Below are positions 29,671-40,173 of a DNA stretch of 64,000 nucleotides, in pieces. The stretch is from Halorussus marinus. GTDB taxonomy: Archaea; Halobacteriota; Halobacteria; Halobacteriales; Haladaptataceae. Made by a program: the position numbers and the translations under genes. Under the pieces are notes generated by a model. It worked only from the letters and a program-made list of their open reading frames with translations. It was not told the DNA's origin and ran no database searches. The stretch spans positions 62,001 to 126,000 of the forward strand of contig NZ_SBIV01000009.1 in NCBI RefSeq assembly GCF_004765795.1. The letters are read 5' to 3'. Each line of letters opens with the position of its first letter. Position 1 is the first letter of the stretch.

Positions 29671-30969
29671 ATGTTGTTGGAGGGAACCGTCGTCGCCGAC
29701 GCGGACACCGTGATCGACGACGGCGCAGTCGTCGTGGAGGGCGACCGTATCGCCGCGGTCGGCGACCGCTCCGAACTGGCAGAGCGCTACCCCGACCGCG
29801 AGCGCCGGCGCTACGACGTGCTCGCGCCGGGGATCGTCGGCGGCCACGTCCACTCGGTCCAGTCGCTCGGACGTGGCATCGCCGACGACACCGCGCTGTT
29901 AGACTGGCTGTTCGAGTACGTCCTCCCGATGGAGGCCGACCTCGACGCCGACGGGATGCGTATCGCGGCCGAGCTGGGGTACGCGGAGCTGATCGAGTCG
30001 GGCGTGACGACCGTCATCGACCACCTCTCGGTCCGCCACGCCGACGAGGCGTTCGAGGCCGCCAGCCGGATCGGGATCCGGGGCCGGATCGGGAAGGTGC
30101 TGATGGACAAAGACGCCCCCGACGGGCTGGCCGAAGACACTGACGCCGCGCTGGCCGAGAGCGAGCGCCTCATCGAAGAGTATCACGGCGCCAACGACGG
30201 TCGGATCGGCTACGCGCTCACCCCGCGGTTCGCGGTGAGCTGTACCGAGGCGTGTCTCCGGGGCGTCCGGGAGCTCGCCGACGCCCACGACGGCGTCCGG
30301 ATCCACACCCACGCCAGCGAGAACCGCGACGAGATCGCGCAGGTCGAGGCCGACACCGGGATGCGGAACATCCACTGGCTCGACGAGGTCGGGCTGACCG
30401 GCGAGGACGTCGTGCTGGCCCACTGCGTCTGGACCGACGAGAGCGAGCGCGAGGTGCTGGCCGAGACGGGCACGCACGTCACCTACTGCCCGTCCTCGAA
30501 CATGAAACTCGCGTCGGGCGTCGCGCCGATCCCCGACTACCTCGACCGGGGGATCAACGTCGCCCTCGGCAACGACGGCCCGCCGTGTAACAACACGCTC
30601 GATCCGTTCACCGAGATGCGTCAGGCCAGCCTGCTCCAGAAGGTCGAGGACCTCGATCCGACTACGTTGCCGGCCCGGACGGTGTTCGAGATGGCGACCG
30701 TCAACGGCGCGGCGGCCGCGGGCTTCGAGGGGGTCGGCCGGCTGGAGCCGGGGTGGAAGGCCGACGTGGTCGGGCTGAGGACCGACCTCACGCGGGCGAC
30801 CCCGATCCACGACGTGCTCTCGCATCTGGTGTTCGCGGCCCACGGCGACGACGTGGCGTTCACCATGGTCGACGGCGAGGTGCTCTACGAGGACGGCGAC
30901 CACGTCGCGGTCGACGCCGATCGGATCCGACGGGAGGCCGACGAGTACGAGGTGTCGGTCGCCGATTAG
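29671..30969 (+). CDS. Amidohydrolase, MTA/SAH or 5'-deoxyadenosine deaminase family
   Basis: GHVH, HTHASE, LAHCVW, CPSSNMKLASG and LGNDG motifs. Confidence 0.88.
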   Translation: MLLEGTVVADADTVIDDGAVVVEGDRIAAVGDRSELAERYPDRERRRYDVLAPGIVGGHVHSVQSLGRGIADDTALLDWLFEYVLPMEADLDADGMRIAAELGYAELIESGVTTVIDHLSVRHADEAFEAASRIGIRGRIGKVLMDKDAPDGLAEDTDAALAESERLIEEYHGANDGRIGYALTPRFAVSCTEACLRGVRELADAHDGVRIHTHASENRDEIAQVEADTGMRNIHWLDEVGLTGEDVVLAHCVWTDESEREVLAETGTHVTYCPSSNMKLASGVAPIPDYLDRGINVALGNDGPPCNNTLDPFTEMRQASLLQKVEDLDPTTLPARTVFEMATVNGAAAAGFEGVGRLEPGWKADVVGLRTDLTRATPIHDVLSHLVFAAHGDDVAFTMVDGEVLYEDGDHVAVDADRIRREADEYEVSVAD

Positions 30970-31163
30970 GAGAGTCCGAGCGCCGCCAGCAGGTCGAAAC
31001 TGAAACCGAGTTCTTCTACGATGCGGTATCCCAGATAGATCCCGACGACTCCCATCACGCCCGGCAGTTCGGGCGGCGCCGGGACGGGTATCTGGAGTGC
31101 GTGAAACAGCGCGCCGAGGACCGTGCCGGTCGCCAGCGCGAGGGCGGTGAGCGTCGCGTCCAT
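30966..31163 (-). CDS. XapX-domain small membrane protein
   Basis: LQIPVPAPP.LPGVMGVVGIYLGY motif. Confidence 0.8.
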   Translation of the reverse strand: MDATLTALALATGTVLGALFHALQIPVPAPPELPGVMGVVGIYLGYRIVEELGFSFDLLAALGLS

Positions 31164-31236
31164 GCGGGGACGTGGACGTCGATCGCCTAAAAACCGTTCT
31201 GCTCGGCGGCGGCCTCCGAACCGGAGTCGCCGACCG

Positions 31237-31425
31237 TCACCGCCACTGCGAGAGGGTGTGTGACTCCTCGTAGGGCATCACGAGCCACGCGTCGTCGTTC
31301 GACACGTCCGCGATCACGGTCGTGGGCTCGTCGCCGCTGTCGTCGAGGGCGAACATGACTTCGCCGTCTTCGAACGATTCGTCGATGTCGTCTGCGGATG
31401 GGATAGTCCAACTCAGGGTAATCAC
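31237..31425 (-). CDS. Small acidic haloarchaeal protein (start uncertain)
   Basis: EVMFALDD...VIADVSNDDAWLVMP...LSQWR. Confidence 0.6.
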   Translation of the reverse strand: MITLSWTIPSADDIDESFEDGEVMFALDDSGDEPTTVIADVSNDDAWLVMPYEESHTLSQWR

Positions 31426-31548
31426 CGTGTGGTTCGGACGGGTGTGATCGTTCCTTGTGACGGACGGCTCTTTAGTATTCACCACTGTTCCGGTCGTAAC
31501 GACCCGTTATAGCGCGGTACGCCCGCCAAAACGCGGTGAAACGGTTGG

Positions 31549-33765
31549 CTAACGAACGCGTCTCGCCGACAGGACGGCGGCCGCGAGCGCGACCAGCGCG
31601 GCGGCGACGCCGAAGCCGGGGACGCCGCCGTCGGCGCCGCCGGCTTCGGTCGTTCGGGTCGTCTCCGAGTCGCCGGCCTGCGAGTCGACGGTCACGGTCA
31701 CCGACTCGGTCGCCGTCGCGCCGTACTCGTCTTCGACCACGACCTCGACCGTCGCGGTCCCGCTCGTCCCGAAGCTGTGTTCGACCGACTCGCCGGTCAC
31801 CTCGGCGTCACCGAACCGCCACGTCACCGTGGTCTCGCCAACCGAGTCGGTCACGTCGGCCGAGAAGGTCGCGGCCGAGCCGACGGTCACCGAGTCGGGC
31901 GCGTCGACGGTGACCCCGGGTCGGTCGTTGACCACCAGCGTCGCGGTCGCGGTGTCGTTCAGCGCGGCCGAGTCGGTGACGGTGAGCGCGACCTCGCGCT
32001 CGCCGGGGTCGTCGAAGCTGACGGTCGCGGTCTCGCCGTCGTAACGCTCGCCGTCGATCTCCCATCGGTAGCCGGTCAGTCGACCGTCCTCGGCGGCCGA
32101 ATCGGCCGCGCTCAGTTCGACCGACTCGCCGACCAGCACCGACTCGGCGGCGTCGATGCTCGCGGTCGGCGCGTCGACCGCCGTCACCGCCAGCGTCCCG
32201 GTGCCCTCGGCCGCGGCCGAGAGCCGCGCCGTCGCGTTCGACTCGGCGACGACCTCGGTGTCGAGGATCGCCCAGCCGTCGGCGGCTCGCTGGGCTACCC
32301 GGAGGTCCTCGACCGCCGCCGCGTCGGTCGGCACCGAGAGCTCGACGGTCGCCGAGGCGTTGGCGGCCGCCGCCGGACCGGTCAGCGTGACCGCGTAGAC
32401 GGGGTCGCCCGGCGGCGCCAGCGCCGAGAGGTTCGCCCGCTCGGACACCGTCAGCACGCCCGAGGCGTTCGCGTCGGCCAGCGTCACCGACCTGACGGGC
32501 GAGTCCTCGAGCGCGACGGTGGTGCCCGGCCGGTCGGCGTCGGCGTCCCGGATCGCGGCCGAGGCGGGGCCGCCGATCCGGACCAGCCAGCCGTCTTGGT
32601 TCTCCGAATAGCTCGTCGTGTCGCCGACCCCGACGTAGCCGCCGCCGTGGCCGTCGATCGCCGGCCAGAACTTATCCCAGTACTGGTTGCCGTAGGTCCG
32701 CTCCCACTGCGTTTGACCCTCGCTGTCGGCCTTTACGAGCCAGCCGTCGGCGCCGGTCTGGCCCAGTTTGTGCTTCGCGCCCGAGAGGACGACCCCGTCG
32801 TCGTCGGCCAGCACGCCGTAGAAGGCGTCGTCTTTCTCGGTGCCGTAGGTTCGTTCCCACTGCTTGTCGCCGCCGCCGTCGATCTTCACGAGCCAGCCGT
32901 CTTCGGCGCCGTCGCCCTGACTGGCGGTCCGACCCGCGAGGAGGAACCCGCCGTCCTCGGTCGCGGCCGCGTCGTGGATCCGGTCGGCGTCGGCGCCGCC
33001 GTACTCGGCGTCCCAGTTCACCTCGCCCTCGGCGTCGACGTTCAGCACCCACGCGTCTGAGGGGTCGTAGGTGCTCGACTCGACGGTGCCGGTCAACAGC
33101 AGGTCGCCGTCGTCGGCGACGAAGATCGAGTTGACGTACTCGTCGGCGTTGGACTTGAGCGTGTCGTAGGTCTGGCTCCACGCTTGGGTGCCGTCGCTTT
33201 CGAGTTCGACCAGCCACGCCTCGGCGGTCGAGCCCTTCTGCCAGCCGCCGGCGTAGACGGTGTCGCCCGACTTGGCGAGCGACCAGAAGCCGCTGGGGCC
33301 GTCGCCGCCGTGGGTCTCCTCCCAGACGACTTCGCCGTCGTCGTCGACTTTCAGCACCCAGCCGTCCCACGCCGAGTCTGCGTCGGGACTGGAGTAGCCC
33401 GCGAGCAGGTAGCCGTCCTCGACCGCCTTCACGTCGAAGAGCCGGTCGGTGCCGGGGCCGCCGTAGCTCCGCTCCCACGTCGTCCGGCCCGCCTCGTCGA
33501 CCATCGCGACGTAGCCGTCGTCGGTCCCGTCATCGCCGGCGGTCCACCCGACGACGAGGTAGCCGCCGTCGGTCCGGATGCCGGTCGTCAGCTTGTCGTC
33601 GCCGTCCCCGCCCACCGACGTGTTCCACCGCTCGGGGAGCGGCTCGTCGGCGTCGGCGGCCGGCGGCGACGCGCTGGCGGTCGGCGTCGGTGCGGCCCCG
33701 ACGGTGCCGACGGCCGGAGCCGCCAGCACCGCCACCGCGATCACGCACAGCATCGCTCGGTTCAT
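31549..33765 (-). CDS. Cell-surface protein: signal peptide, beta-propeller-like repeats, two PKD domains, PGF-CTERM anchor
   Basis: About 7 repeats of W.RTYG...D....DGGY...G...DGWL.K.D..G; PKD-like YRWEID and WRFGD; C-terminal VPGFG-TM-RRVR (archaeosortase A signal). Confidence 0.85.
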   Translation of the reverse strand: MNRAMLCVIAVAVLAAPAVGTVGAAPTPTASASPPAADADEPLPERWNTSVGGDGDDKLTTGIRTDGGYLVVGWTAGDDGTDDGYVAMVDEAGRTTWERSYGGPGTDRLFDVKAVEDGYLLAGYSSPDADSAWDGWVLKVDDDGEVVWEETHGGDGPSGFWSLAKSGDTVYAGGWQKGSTAEAWLVELESDGTQAWSQTYDTLKSNADEYVNSIFVADDGDLLLTGTVESSTYDPSDAWVLNVDAEGEVNWDAEYGGADADRIHDAAATEDGGFLLAGRTASQGDGAEDGWLVKIDGGGDKQWERTYGTEKDDAFYGVLADDDGVVLSGAKHKLGQTGADGWLVKADSEGQTQWERTYGNQYWDKFWPAIDGHGGGYVGVGDTTSYSENQDGWLVRIGGPASAAIRDADADRPGTTVALEDSPVRSVTLADANASGVLTVSERANLSALAPPGDPVYAVTLTGPAAAANASATVELSVPTDAAAVEDLRVAQRAADGWAILDTEVVAESNATARLSAAAEGTGTLAVTAVDAPTASIDAAESVLVGESVELSAADSAAEDGRLTGYRWEIDGERYDGETATVSFDDPGEREVALTVTDSAALNDTATATLVVNDRPGVTVDAPDSVTVGSAATFSADVTDSVGETTVTWRFGDAEVTGESVEHSFGTSGTATVEVVVEDEYGATATESVTVTVDSQAGDSETTRTTEAGGADGGVPGFGVAAALVALAAAVLSARRVR

Positions 33766-33911
33766 GCTCGGTACCCCCGGTCTGCCCTCGTCGCGGCGTC
33801 CAGTTTCATTGGTAATCCACCGTTGTGTTGTCGTATCGAGGCATTTCCCCGCCTGCGCCGGCCTGCGGTCGCCGGAGCGAAGGTTCGATACGACCGTGGG
33901 ACCGATCGAGC

Positions 33912-33930
33912 CTTTGTTATGTGGCGTCTG
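33912..33930 (-). promoter_or_regulatory. Glycan-island motif CAGACG-N4-ATAACAAAG
   Basis: CAGACGCCACATAACAAAG, pointing toward the PGF-CTERM gene. Confidence 0.7.
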
Positions 33931-34059
33931 AACGCGCGGTAGGCGTCGGTTGAACGACGTCCTCGCCCGCGACTCTCGGGGAGTCTCGTCGAACCGAATC
34001 GGCGGCGGTCGCCGAGATCGGTCGCGTCGGTCCGGCCGTACCCGGCGCCTACCGGCCGA

Positions 34060-34078
34060 CAGACGGGAGATAACAAAG
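34060..34078 (+). promoter_or_regulatory. Glycan-island motif
   Basis: CAGACGGGAGATAACAAAG, upstream of the DUF1616 gene. Confidence 0.7.
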
Positions 34079-34165
34079 TACCGGTCGCCCGATACTCCGG
34101 GCGATGAGTCGCCGACACGTCGCTCGCGAGCACCGGACGACAGCCGTCCCGCGGTGGCCCGCGCC

Positions 34166-35182
34166 ATGAGCCTCGAAACCAGCGACGGCACGCTGGTCGA
34201 TCGACTCGCGCGGCCGGGCGCGCCGGTCGATCTGATCGCCGTCGTCGGCTACCTCGCTGTCGCGGTCCTCGTGGTCTTTCGGCCCGGAGTGTACGGGACG
34301 CCGATAGCGACCGCGCTCGGGCTCCCGGCGCTTCTGTTCGCGCCCGGCTACGCGCTCGTCTCGCTGCTGTTCCCCGGAGCGACGCCCGACGACGCGGCCG
34401 GCGGCCGAGCGCTCGACGCCGTCCGGTCGGACGGGCTCGGTGGCGGCGAGCGCGCGGCGCTCGGGTTCGGGATCAGTCTGGCGTTTCTCCCGGCGTTCGG
34501 GCTCGCGCTCGCGGCGTCGCCGTGGGCAATCGCGCCGGTCCCGGTCCTGGTCGGGGCGAGCGGGTTCGCGGTCGCCTGCTCGATCGGGGCGGCGATCCGG
34601 CGGCTTCGCCGGCCGGCCGACCGCCGGTTCTCGGTGCCGGTCCGAGGGTTGCTCGCGGACGCCCGGCGCGCGGTCCGGGACGGGTCGGTCGGGGAGGTCG
34701 CGCTCGACGTGGCGCTGGCCGGCGCGGTCGTTATCGCGGTCGCCGCGGTCGGGTACGCGGTCGCCGCGCCCGGCCCCGGTCAGTCGTACACCGACGCCTA
34801 CCTGCTCTCGCAGAACGAGACCGGCCAGCTCGTCGCCGACGACTACCCGCGGAACTTCACCAGCGGCGAGAGCCGACCAATCGTCGTCGGCCTCGACAAC
34901 CACGAGGGCGCCGAGACCGACTACACGGTGGTGGTCGAACTCCAGCGAGTCCAGCAGGCCGACGACGGGGGCGCCCGAGTCGTCCAGGATCGCCGGCTCG
35001 CGGCGTTCACGCCGACCGTCGCGGACGGGGAGACGTGGCGTGTCCGCCACGACGTCACGCCGACGATGACCGGCGATGATCTCCGGCTCGCGTATCTCGT
35101 CTACCGCGGGGCGCCCCCGGAGGACCCGTCCACCGAGAGCGCGTACGAACACGTCCACGTCTGGGTGAACGTCTCGGCGTGA
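34166..35182 (+). CDS. DUF1616 family membrane protein
   Basis: LFAPGYALVSLLFP, ERAALGFGIS, YTDAYLL...DYP and NHEG..TDYTVVV motifs. Confidence 0.85.
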   Translation: MSLETSDGTLVDRLARPGAPVDLIAVVGYLAVAVLVVFRPGVYGTPIATALGLPALLFAPGYALVSLLFPGATPDDAAGGRALDAVRSDGLGGGERAALGFGISLAFLPAFGLALAASPWAIAPVPVLVGASGFAVACSIGAAIRRLRRPADRRFSVPVRGLLADARRAVRDGSVGEVALDVALAGAVVIAVAAVGYAVAAPGPGQSYTDAYLLSQNETGQLVADDYPRNFTSGESRPIVVGLDNHEGAETDYTVVVELQRVQQADDGGARVVQDRRLAAFTPTVADGETWRVRHDVTPTMTGDDLRLAYLVYRGAPPEDPSTESAYEHVHVWVNVSA

Positions 35183-35211
35183 TCGACCGCATGCGGAGCC
35201 ACGACTGATCC

Positions 35212-35790
35212 ATGTGGCCGTGGGAACACCTCGCTGTCGGCTACCTCGCGTACTCGTTGAGCTGTCACCTGCGCGGCGACGGCGCCCCCGGCGGCTGGCC
35301 CGCGGTCGCGCTCGCGGTCGGGACCCAGTTTCCGGATCTGCTCGACAAGCCGCTGTCGTGGTCGCTCGGGGTGGTCGCGAGCGGCCAGTCGGTGGCCCAC
35401 TCGGTGCTACTCGCGGTCCCGGTCTCGGCGCTCGCGATCGGCGCGGCCACCGGGGTCGGGCGGCGCCGCGTCGGGGAGGGGTTCGCGGTCGGATACCTCA
35501 GCCATCTCCCGAGCGACGTCTTCTACCCGCTGGTCCGCGGCGCTCGACCGAACGTCGACGCCGTGCTCTGGCCGCTGGCGAGCGCGCCCGCCGGGGAGGC
35601 CAACGCGGGCCTGCTCGCCACCGCCCGGCGGCTGTTCGACCGGTACGCGGGCGAACTGCTCGCCGGCGAGCCGACGCCCTACCTCGCAGTCGAACTCGGC
35701 TTGCTGGTCGGGGTAGTCGCGCTGTGGGTGTACGACGGGATGCCACCGGTCGGCGCGCTGGTGGCGAACGCGACCGAAGACGCCGCCTAG
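35212..35790 (+). CDS. Membrane-bound metal-dependent hydrolase (YdjM-like)
   Basis: MWPWEH, GTQFPDLLDKPL, AHS and SHLPSD motifs. Confidence 0.85.
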   Translation: MWPWEHLAVGYLAYSLSCHLRGDGAPGGWPAVALAVGTQFPDLLDKPLSWSLGVVASGQSVAHSVLLAVPVSALAIGAATGVGRRRVGEGFAVGYLSHLPSDVFYPLVRGARPNVDAVLWPLASAPAGEANAGLLATARRLFDRYAGELLAGEPTPYLAVELGLLVGVVALWVYDGMPPVGALVANATEDAA

Positions 35791-35796
35791 GATCGT

Positions 35797-35815
35797 CAGG
35801 ACGGTCATAACAATG
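35797..35815 (+). promoter_or_regulatory. Glycan-island motif (variant)
   Basis: CAGGACGGTCATAACAATG; the ATAAC box begins 33 nt before GTG 35840. Confidence 0.6.
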
Positions 35816-35839
35816 TGTTCGTCCGGCAAACGTCCGGGC

Positions 35840-37249
35840 GTGACAGAGGACGACCGTCGGCTGAACAGACGCGCGTATCTGCGGGCGCTCGGCGCGACCG
35901 GAGCGGCCGGGGCGTTGGCCGGCTGTGGCGGTCTCGACGCCGATCCGGACGGCACCGCGACCGAGACGACCGGTCGGACCCCGACCGGCGGCGAGCCGGC
36001 CGAGGCCCCAGCCCGGGAGAACGCGACGACCGAGGCGACCGACCGCTTCGAGACGGTGGTGAACGTCGCGGACGAGGGGGCCGACACCGCCGGCGAGGAG
36101 CGCGTCGACGACCTGCTCGCGGAGCTGGCGGCCGACGATACGATGCTTTACTTCCCGGCCGGACGCTACCGGCTCGGAAAGTGGAACCTCAGCGGTCACC
36201 GAAACATCGGCGTCGTCGGCGACGACGCGACCTTCGTCCCGCCAGCGGGCAAACAGGACTACTGGCTGGCGTGGGGCCAACTCGAGGACCTCCTTTTCGA
36301 GGGGTTCGCGCTCGATTGCACCGCCGACGGGGTCGCCCCGGTCAACCACATCTCGGTGACCGGCGGCCAGAGCGCGGTCCGGGACGTGGCGCTCCGGGGC
36401 CACCGACGAGTCCCCCGGAGCGGCTTCGAGATCGCGGCCGCCGACCCGGACGCCGAACTCCTGTTCGAGGACGTCCGGCTCCCCGACGGCTCGACCGCGG
36501 GCAACGCCATCTACACCTTTCCGAAGAGCGTCGGCCGCCTGAGGATCCGGAACTGCCGGGTCGAAGACTGGGCAGAGGGGCTGTACGCCTCGCCCCACTC
36601 GGGACCCCTCGAAATCGTCGGGGGCCACTACGCCAACAACGGTATCGACCAGGTCCGGGTCGGCGGCGGCCCGTCGGGCGCGACGGTCCGGGACGTGACC
36701 GTCCGAGTCGACGACCCCGAGCACGCCGACAGCAAGCCGAACATGCGGGGCATCTGGATGGAGGAGGGCGGCCGGGTCCGGATCGAGAACTGCGACATCG
36801 CCATCACCGATCTGACGGGCACGTACAGCTCCGGGGCGATCGTCGTCGGCCAGCAGTTCGGGGCGGCGACCATCGCCGACACGACGATCCGGACCGACGC
36901 CGACGCGCCGGCGATCAGCGTCCGAAACCCGATCGACTCGATCGAGGGCCAGACGATGCCGAGCATGGACCGGCTCCCCGAGGACTGGCGGGTGGAGTGT
37001 CGGAACGTCACCGTCACGGGGTCGGTCGGCTCGGGCACCGCGATCCGGGCGGTCGATCGAGACGACTGCGTCTTCGAGAACATCTGTGTCAGCCACCCCG
37101 AGGGGAGCCGGGACGGCGTGCTCGTCGAGAGCGCCGAGGGGTGTGCGGTCCGGAACGCGACGATCGCGGTCGGCGGCGACGCCGTCGTCGGCGAGGACGC
37201 GACCGTCGAAACCACCGCCGTCCGGACGGACGGCTCCTGTGGCGACTAG
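35840..37249 (+). CDS. Tat-exported lipoprotein with a right-handed parallel beta-helix (pectin-lyase-like)
   Basis: RRAYL plus LAGC lipobox; LYFPAGRY and repeated IRNC/VRDV/IENC beta-helix strands. Confidence 0.8.
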   Translation: MTEDDRRLNRRAYLRALGATGAAGALAGCGGLDADPDGTATETTGRTPTGGEPAEAPARENATTEATDRFETVVNVADEGADTAGEERVDDLLAELAADDTMLYFPAGRYRLGKWNLSGHRNIGVVGDDATFVPPAGKQDYWLAWGQLEDLLFEGFALDCTADGVAPVNHISVTGGQSAVRDVALRGHRRVPRSGFEIAAADPDAELLFEDVRLPDGSTAGNAIYTFPKSVGRLRIRNCRVEDWAEGLYASPHSGPLEIVGGHYANNGIDQVRVGGGPSGATVRDVTVRVDDPEHADSKPNMRGIWMEEGGRVRIENCDIAITDLTGTYSSGAIVVGQQFGAATIADTTIRTDADAPAISVRNPIDSIEGQTMPSMDRLPEDWRVECRNVTVTGSVGSGTAIRAVDRDDCVFENICVSHPEGSRDGVLVESAEGCAVRNATIAVGGDAVVGEDATVETTAVRTDGSCGD

Positions 37250-38877
37250 ATGTAGCCGAGGTCCGCGAGCCGATCCTCGACCGCGCCGTCGTCGCCGTCC
37301 CCGACGGCGGCGGTCCCGAACGCCACGTCGCCGTAGTCGGCCCGCGTGACCGCCCGGTCGAGCAGGCCGTCTGGCACCCCGCCCGACATCCGGTCGGGCA
37401 CGTCCCGTCCGGCCGACGCGAGCGCGATCGGCGCGACGTCGGTCAGCGAGAGGACGTCGAGGTCCGTCCCGGCGTCGAACGCGGGTCCGTCGGCGACGAA
37501 CACGCCCCGGGGCTTGTGGTCGTGGGCGTCGATCGGCGCGAACCGCTCGCCGATGAGGTTGGGGTTCACGACGTGGTTCATCTCGGTCGGCATGAACAGC
37601 ACGTCGCAGGCCCGGTCGGCGTACGGTCCGTCGTACACCGCCTCCCGGCGCCGGACCCACTCAAACACCGGGTCGCCGTCGGGCGTCCGGAGCGACGCCA
37701 GCAGTTCCACGAGATCCTCGCGGACCTGTTCGTACTCGTCGGGCGACACGACGCCGCCGGGGTCCCGGCCCGCGACGTTCACCCGGACGCCCAGTTCCGT
37801 GCTCCGGCAGTAGGCCGCCGACGCCCGCCTGTCGACCCCCTCGCTCGCGGCCGAGACCGCGCCGTCGGGGAGCAGATCGAGCAAGAGGTCGTCGATCCCG
37901 GCCCGCCGCGCGAGTGCGTAGGCGTCCCCGGGCGTGAGTCCGACGGCCCCGAGCGCGCTCGTCAGCGCCGAGACCGCGTTCGCGGCGAGGGGCGACCCGT
38001 CGTCGTCGGTCGCGTCGTCCTCGCCGGTGAGCGTCGACTTCTCGCTCGCGAGGCTCGGGCCGGTCTCGTCGTCGGTCGTCTCCACGTAGCCGGCCTCGCG
38101 GAGGATCTCGTTGAGATAGACGTCGTAGCCGTCGACCCGACCGATGCCGTGGTCCGAACAGACCACGACGTTGGCGCCCGGGGCGGCGTCCCTGACCCGT
38201 CCGAGCACCTCGTCGGCGGCCTCGTAGATCTCCCGGAAGGTCTCGCGGTCGTCGAAGTTGTGGAAGACGGCGTCGGTCTTCTGGACCTGAATCACCGCGA
38301 CCCGCCAGTCGTACGATTCGAGGAGGTACTCGGCGGCCCGGCCGCGGACCTCGATCGCGTCGAGGTAGCCCCGGCGCTTCTGGGCCTTGTCGTCGCTGGT
38401 CTCGCCCGACGAGTAGATCCGGTAGGGCTCGCCGATCGCCGCCGAGAGCTCGTCGCGAACGCTCGCCGGATGGCCCGGATCGTCTTCGTGGGCCAGATAC
38501 CCCGGGATCAGCGCTCCCTCGATCGGTTCGGCGGGGTGGGTGACCGGGACGTTCAACACGACCGCCGGCTCGCCGGTCGCCGAGAGGTAGTTCCAGATCG
38601 CCGGGCGCCGGACGTGGTTGCGGGTGACCAGCTCGTCGTCGCCCGGATCGTCGCCGGGGCTGAAAAAGCCGTAGACGCCGTGGCGGCTCGGATCGGTGCC
38701 GGTGTACATCGACGGCCACGCGCTCGCGGTCCACGGCGGGAACGTCGAGGCCAGCGGCGCTTGTACGCCCGACTCGCGTAGCGACGCGAAGTTGGGGAGC
38801 GATTCGTCGAACGCATCGAGGTACTCGAAGTCGAGGGCGTCGAAGCCCACGACCACGGTTTTGTTCTCGGCTGTCAT
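37246..38877 (-). CDS. Alkaline phosphatase superfamily (NPP-type) protein, paralog 1
   Basis: GFDAL, PPWTASAWPSMYTG, SDHG and HDHK motifs; C-terminal RLADLGY. Confidence 0.88.
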   Translation of the reverse strand: MTAENKTVVVGFDALDFEYLDAFDESLPNFASLRESGVQAPLASTFPPWTASAWPSMYTGTDPSRHGVYGFFSPGDDPGDDELVTRNHVRRPAIWNYLSATGEPAVVLNVPVTHPAEPIEGALIPGYLAHEDDPGHPASVRDELSAAIGEPYRIYSSGETSDDKAQKRRGYLDAIEVRGRAAEYLLESYDWRVAVIQVQKTDAVFHNFDDRETFREIYEAADEVLGRVRDAAPGANVVVCSDHGIGRVDGYDVYLNEILREAGYVETTDDETGPSLASEKSTLTGEDDATDDDGSPLAANAVSALTSALGAVGLTPGDAYALARRAGIDDLLLDLLPDGAVSAASEGVDRRASAAYCRSTELGVRVNVAGRDPGGVVSPDEYEQVREDLVELLASLRTPDGDPVFEWVRRREAVYDGPYADRACDVLFMPTEMNHVVNPNLIGERFAPIDAHDHKPRGVFVADGPAFDAGTDLDVLSLTDVAPIALASAGRDVPDRMSGGVPDGLLDRAVTRADYGDVAFGTAAVGDGDDGAVEDRLADLGYI

Positions 38878-39152
38878 TGTCGTCTCCGCGCGGTCTCCGG
38901 GACCGCCCGCTCGTCAGATCGAGACGACGCCGGCCACCATTGTTCTCTGGAGCTTAGGTAACCGACAGCACCGGACTAAATCGCCTGCGGTCAGGCACCG
39001 CCTGTGGGAGCGCGCCGGCGCCGAACGCGGCGCCTGAACCAGCCGACGGTCGGCGATGGGAGCGCCTGACCGGTCGCAGACGCCGCGAGAACGGAGTTAC
39101 GAGGACGCTGAGCCCGAGAACAGCGGTCGGTTAAACCGGCGATGGCGCAGGC

Positions 39153-40172
39153 TTACCGGAGCCGCTTGTAGACGCTCGACAGCGCGTTCGTGACCCGCGT
39201 GCCGCGTTCGAGGCTGTAGTACGACCGGAGCTCCGGGCCGAACTTCGCCTTGTACTCACACAGCCGGCGCTCGTTGGCGCCGACCAGATCGTAGCGCTCG
39301 ACCCCGCGGTCGATCGCGTCCGAGACGATGGCCCAGTCGACCAGATCGTTGACCGGCAGGTCCCGATCGTGTTTCGCGCCGCCCTGCCACCGGTAGACGG
39401 TGTCGTCGAACTCCAGCGCGACCATCCCGCCCGCGATCTCGCCGTCGACCTCGCAGGCGTAGGGGCGGACCGTCCCGTCCGGGAGTCGGTCGTAGAGGTC
39501 GGTGACGAACTCGGGCGTGACGCCGTAGGCCTCGTCCTGGTCGGCGTGGCGCTGGGCGACCTGCGAGATGACGGCCTCGATCTCGTCGTGGCCGCCCTCG
39601 TAGACGCGGTAGTCGCCATCGGTCCGGATGTTGTTCCGGGCGTCTCGCGAGAACGACATCAACACGTCGTCCTCGCCGGGCGTGAGGTCCACCTCGTAGG
39701 TGTGGCGGACGTCGACGTCGAACTCGGACCACTCGAACGGCCGCACGTCCCGGTAGGCCGGATCCGACCGGATTTGGACGTACTTGGGGCCGAGTTCGCG
39801 CTCGATCCAGTTGAGACAGCCGTCGACGAACAGCCGGTTTCGCCGCTCGGCCTTCCGGCGCTTGAGCTTGGCCTGATTCAGGAGAGTCGGGCCCAGATAC
39901 GACACCCACAGCCCCGGCGGCGGCGAGAACGCCATCGTCATCCCGCCCTTGCGGAGCTCGAACACCGGGAAGAGCCCGACCGGCTCTTGGCCCTTGTACC
40001 CGACCAGCGGGTGGAGTTCGGCGCCGGCCCGATCGGCCTGGACTTCCAGTGACTCACGGTAATGAAAGACGTTCGCTTCGGGCGACCGTTCGACGAGATC
40101 GTTCCACCGCCGCCAGTCGCCGTCGTCGGCCCGACTGACCGAGATGCCGCGTTTCTGTATCGTCGTGCTCAT
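39153..40172 (-). CDS. FemABX-like GNAT (aminoacyl/acyl transferase)
   Basis: SFSRDARNNIR, YRWQGG and YDLVGAN...YKAKFG motifs. Confidence 0.8.
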   Translation of the reverse strand: MSTTIQKRGISVSRADDGDWRRWNDLVERSPEANVFHYRESLEVQADRAGAELHPLVGYKGQEPVGLFPVFELRKGGMTMAFSPPPGLWVSYLGPTLLNQAKLKRRKAERRNRLFVDGCLNWIERELGPKYVQIRSDPAYRDVRPFEWSEFDVDVRHTYEVDLTPGEDDVLMSFSRDARNNIRTDGDYRVYEGGHDEIEAVISQVAQRHADQDEAYGVTPEFVTDLYDRLPDGTVRPYACEVDGEIAGGMVALEFDDTVYRWQGGAKHDRDLPVNDLVDWAIVSDAIDRGVERYDLVGANERRLCEYKAKFGPELRSYYSLERGTRVTNALSSVYKRLR

Positions 40173-40173
40173 G

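Noticed and set aside
32570..33580. Regularly spaced nucleotide repeats as a possible CRISPR array
   Set aside because: They are degenerate coding repeats of the beta-propeller protein. No identical direct repeats or cas genes were seen.
35813..35839. ATG 35813 as the start of the lipoprotein
   Set aside because: It lies inside the promoter-like motif; GTG 35840 gives a normal Tat signal and spacing.
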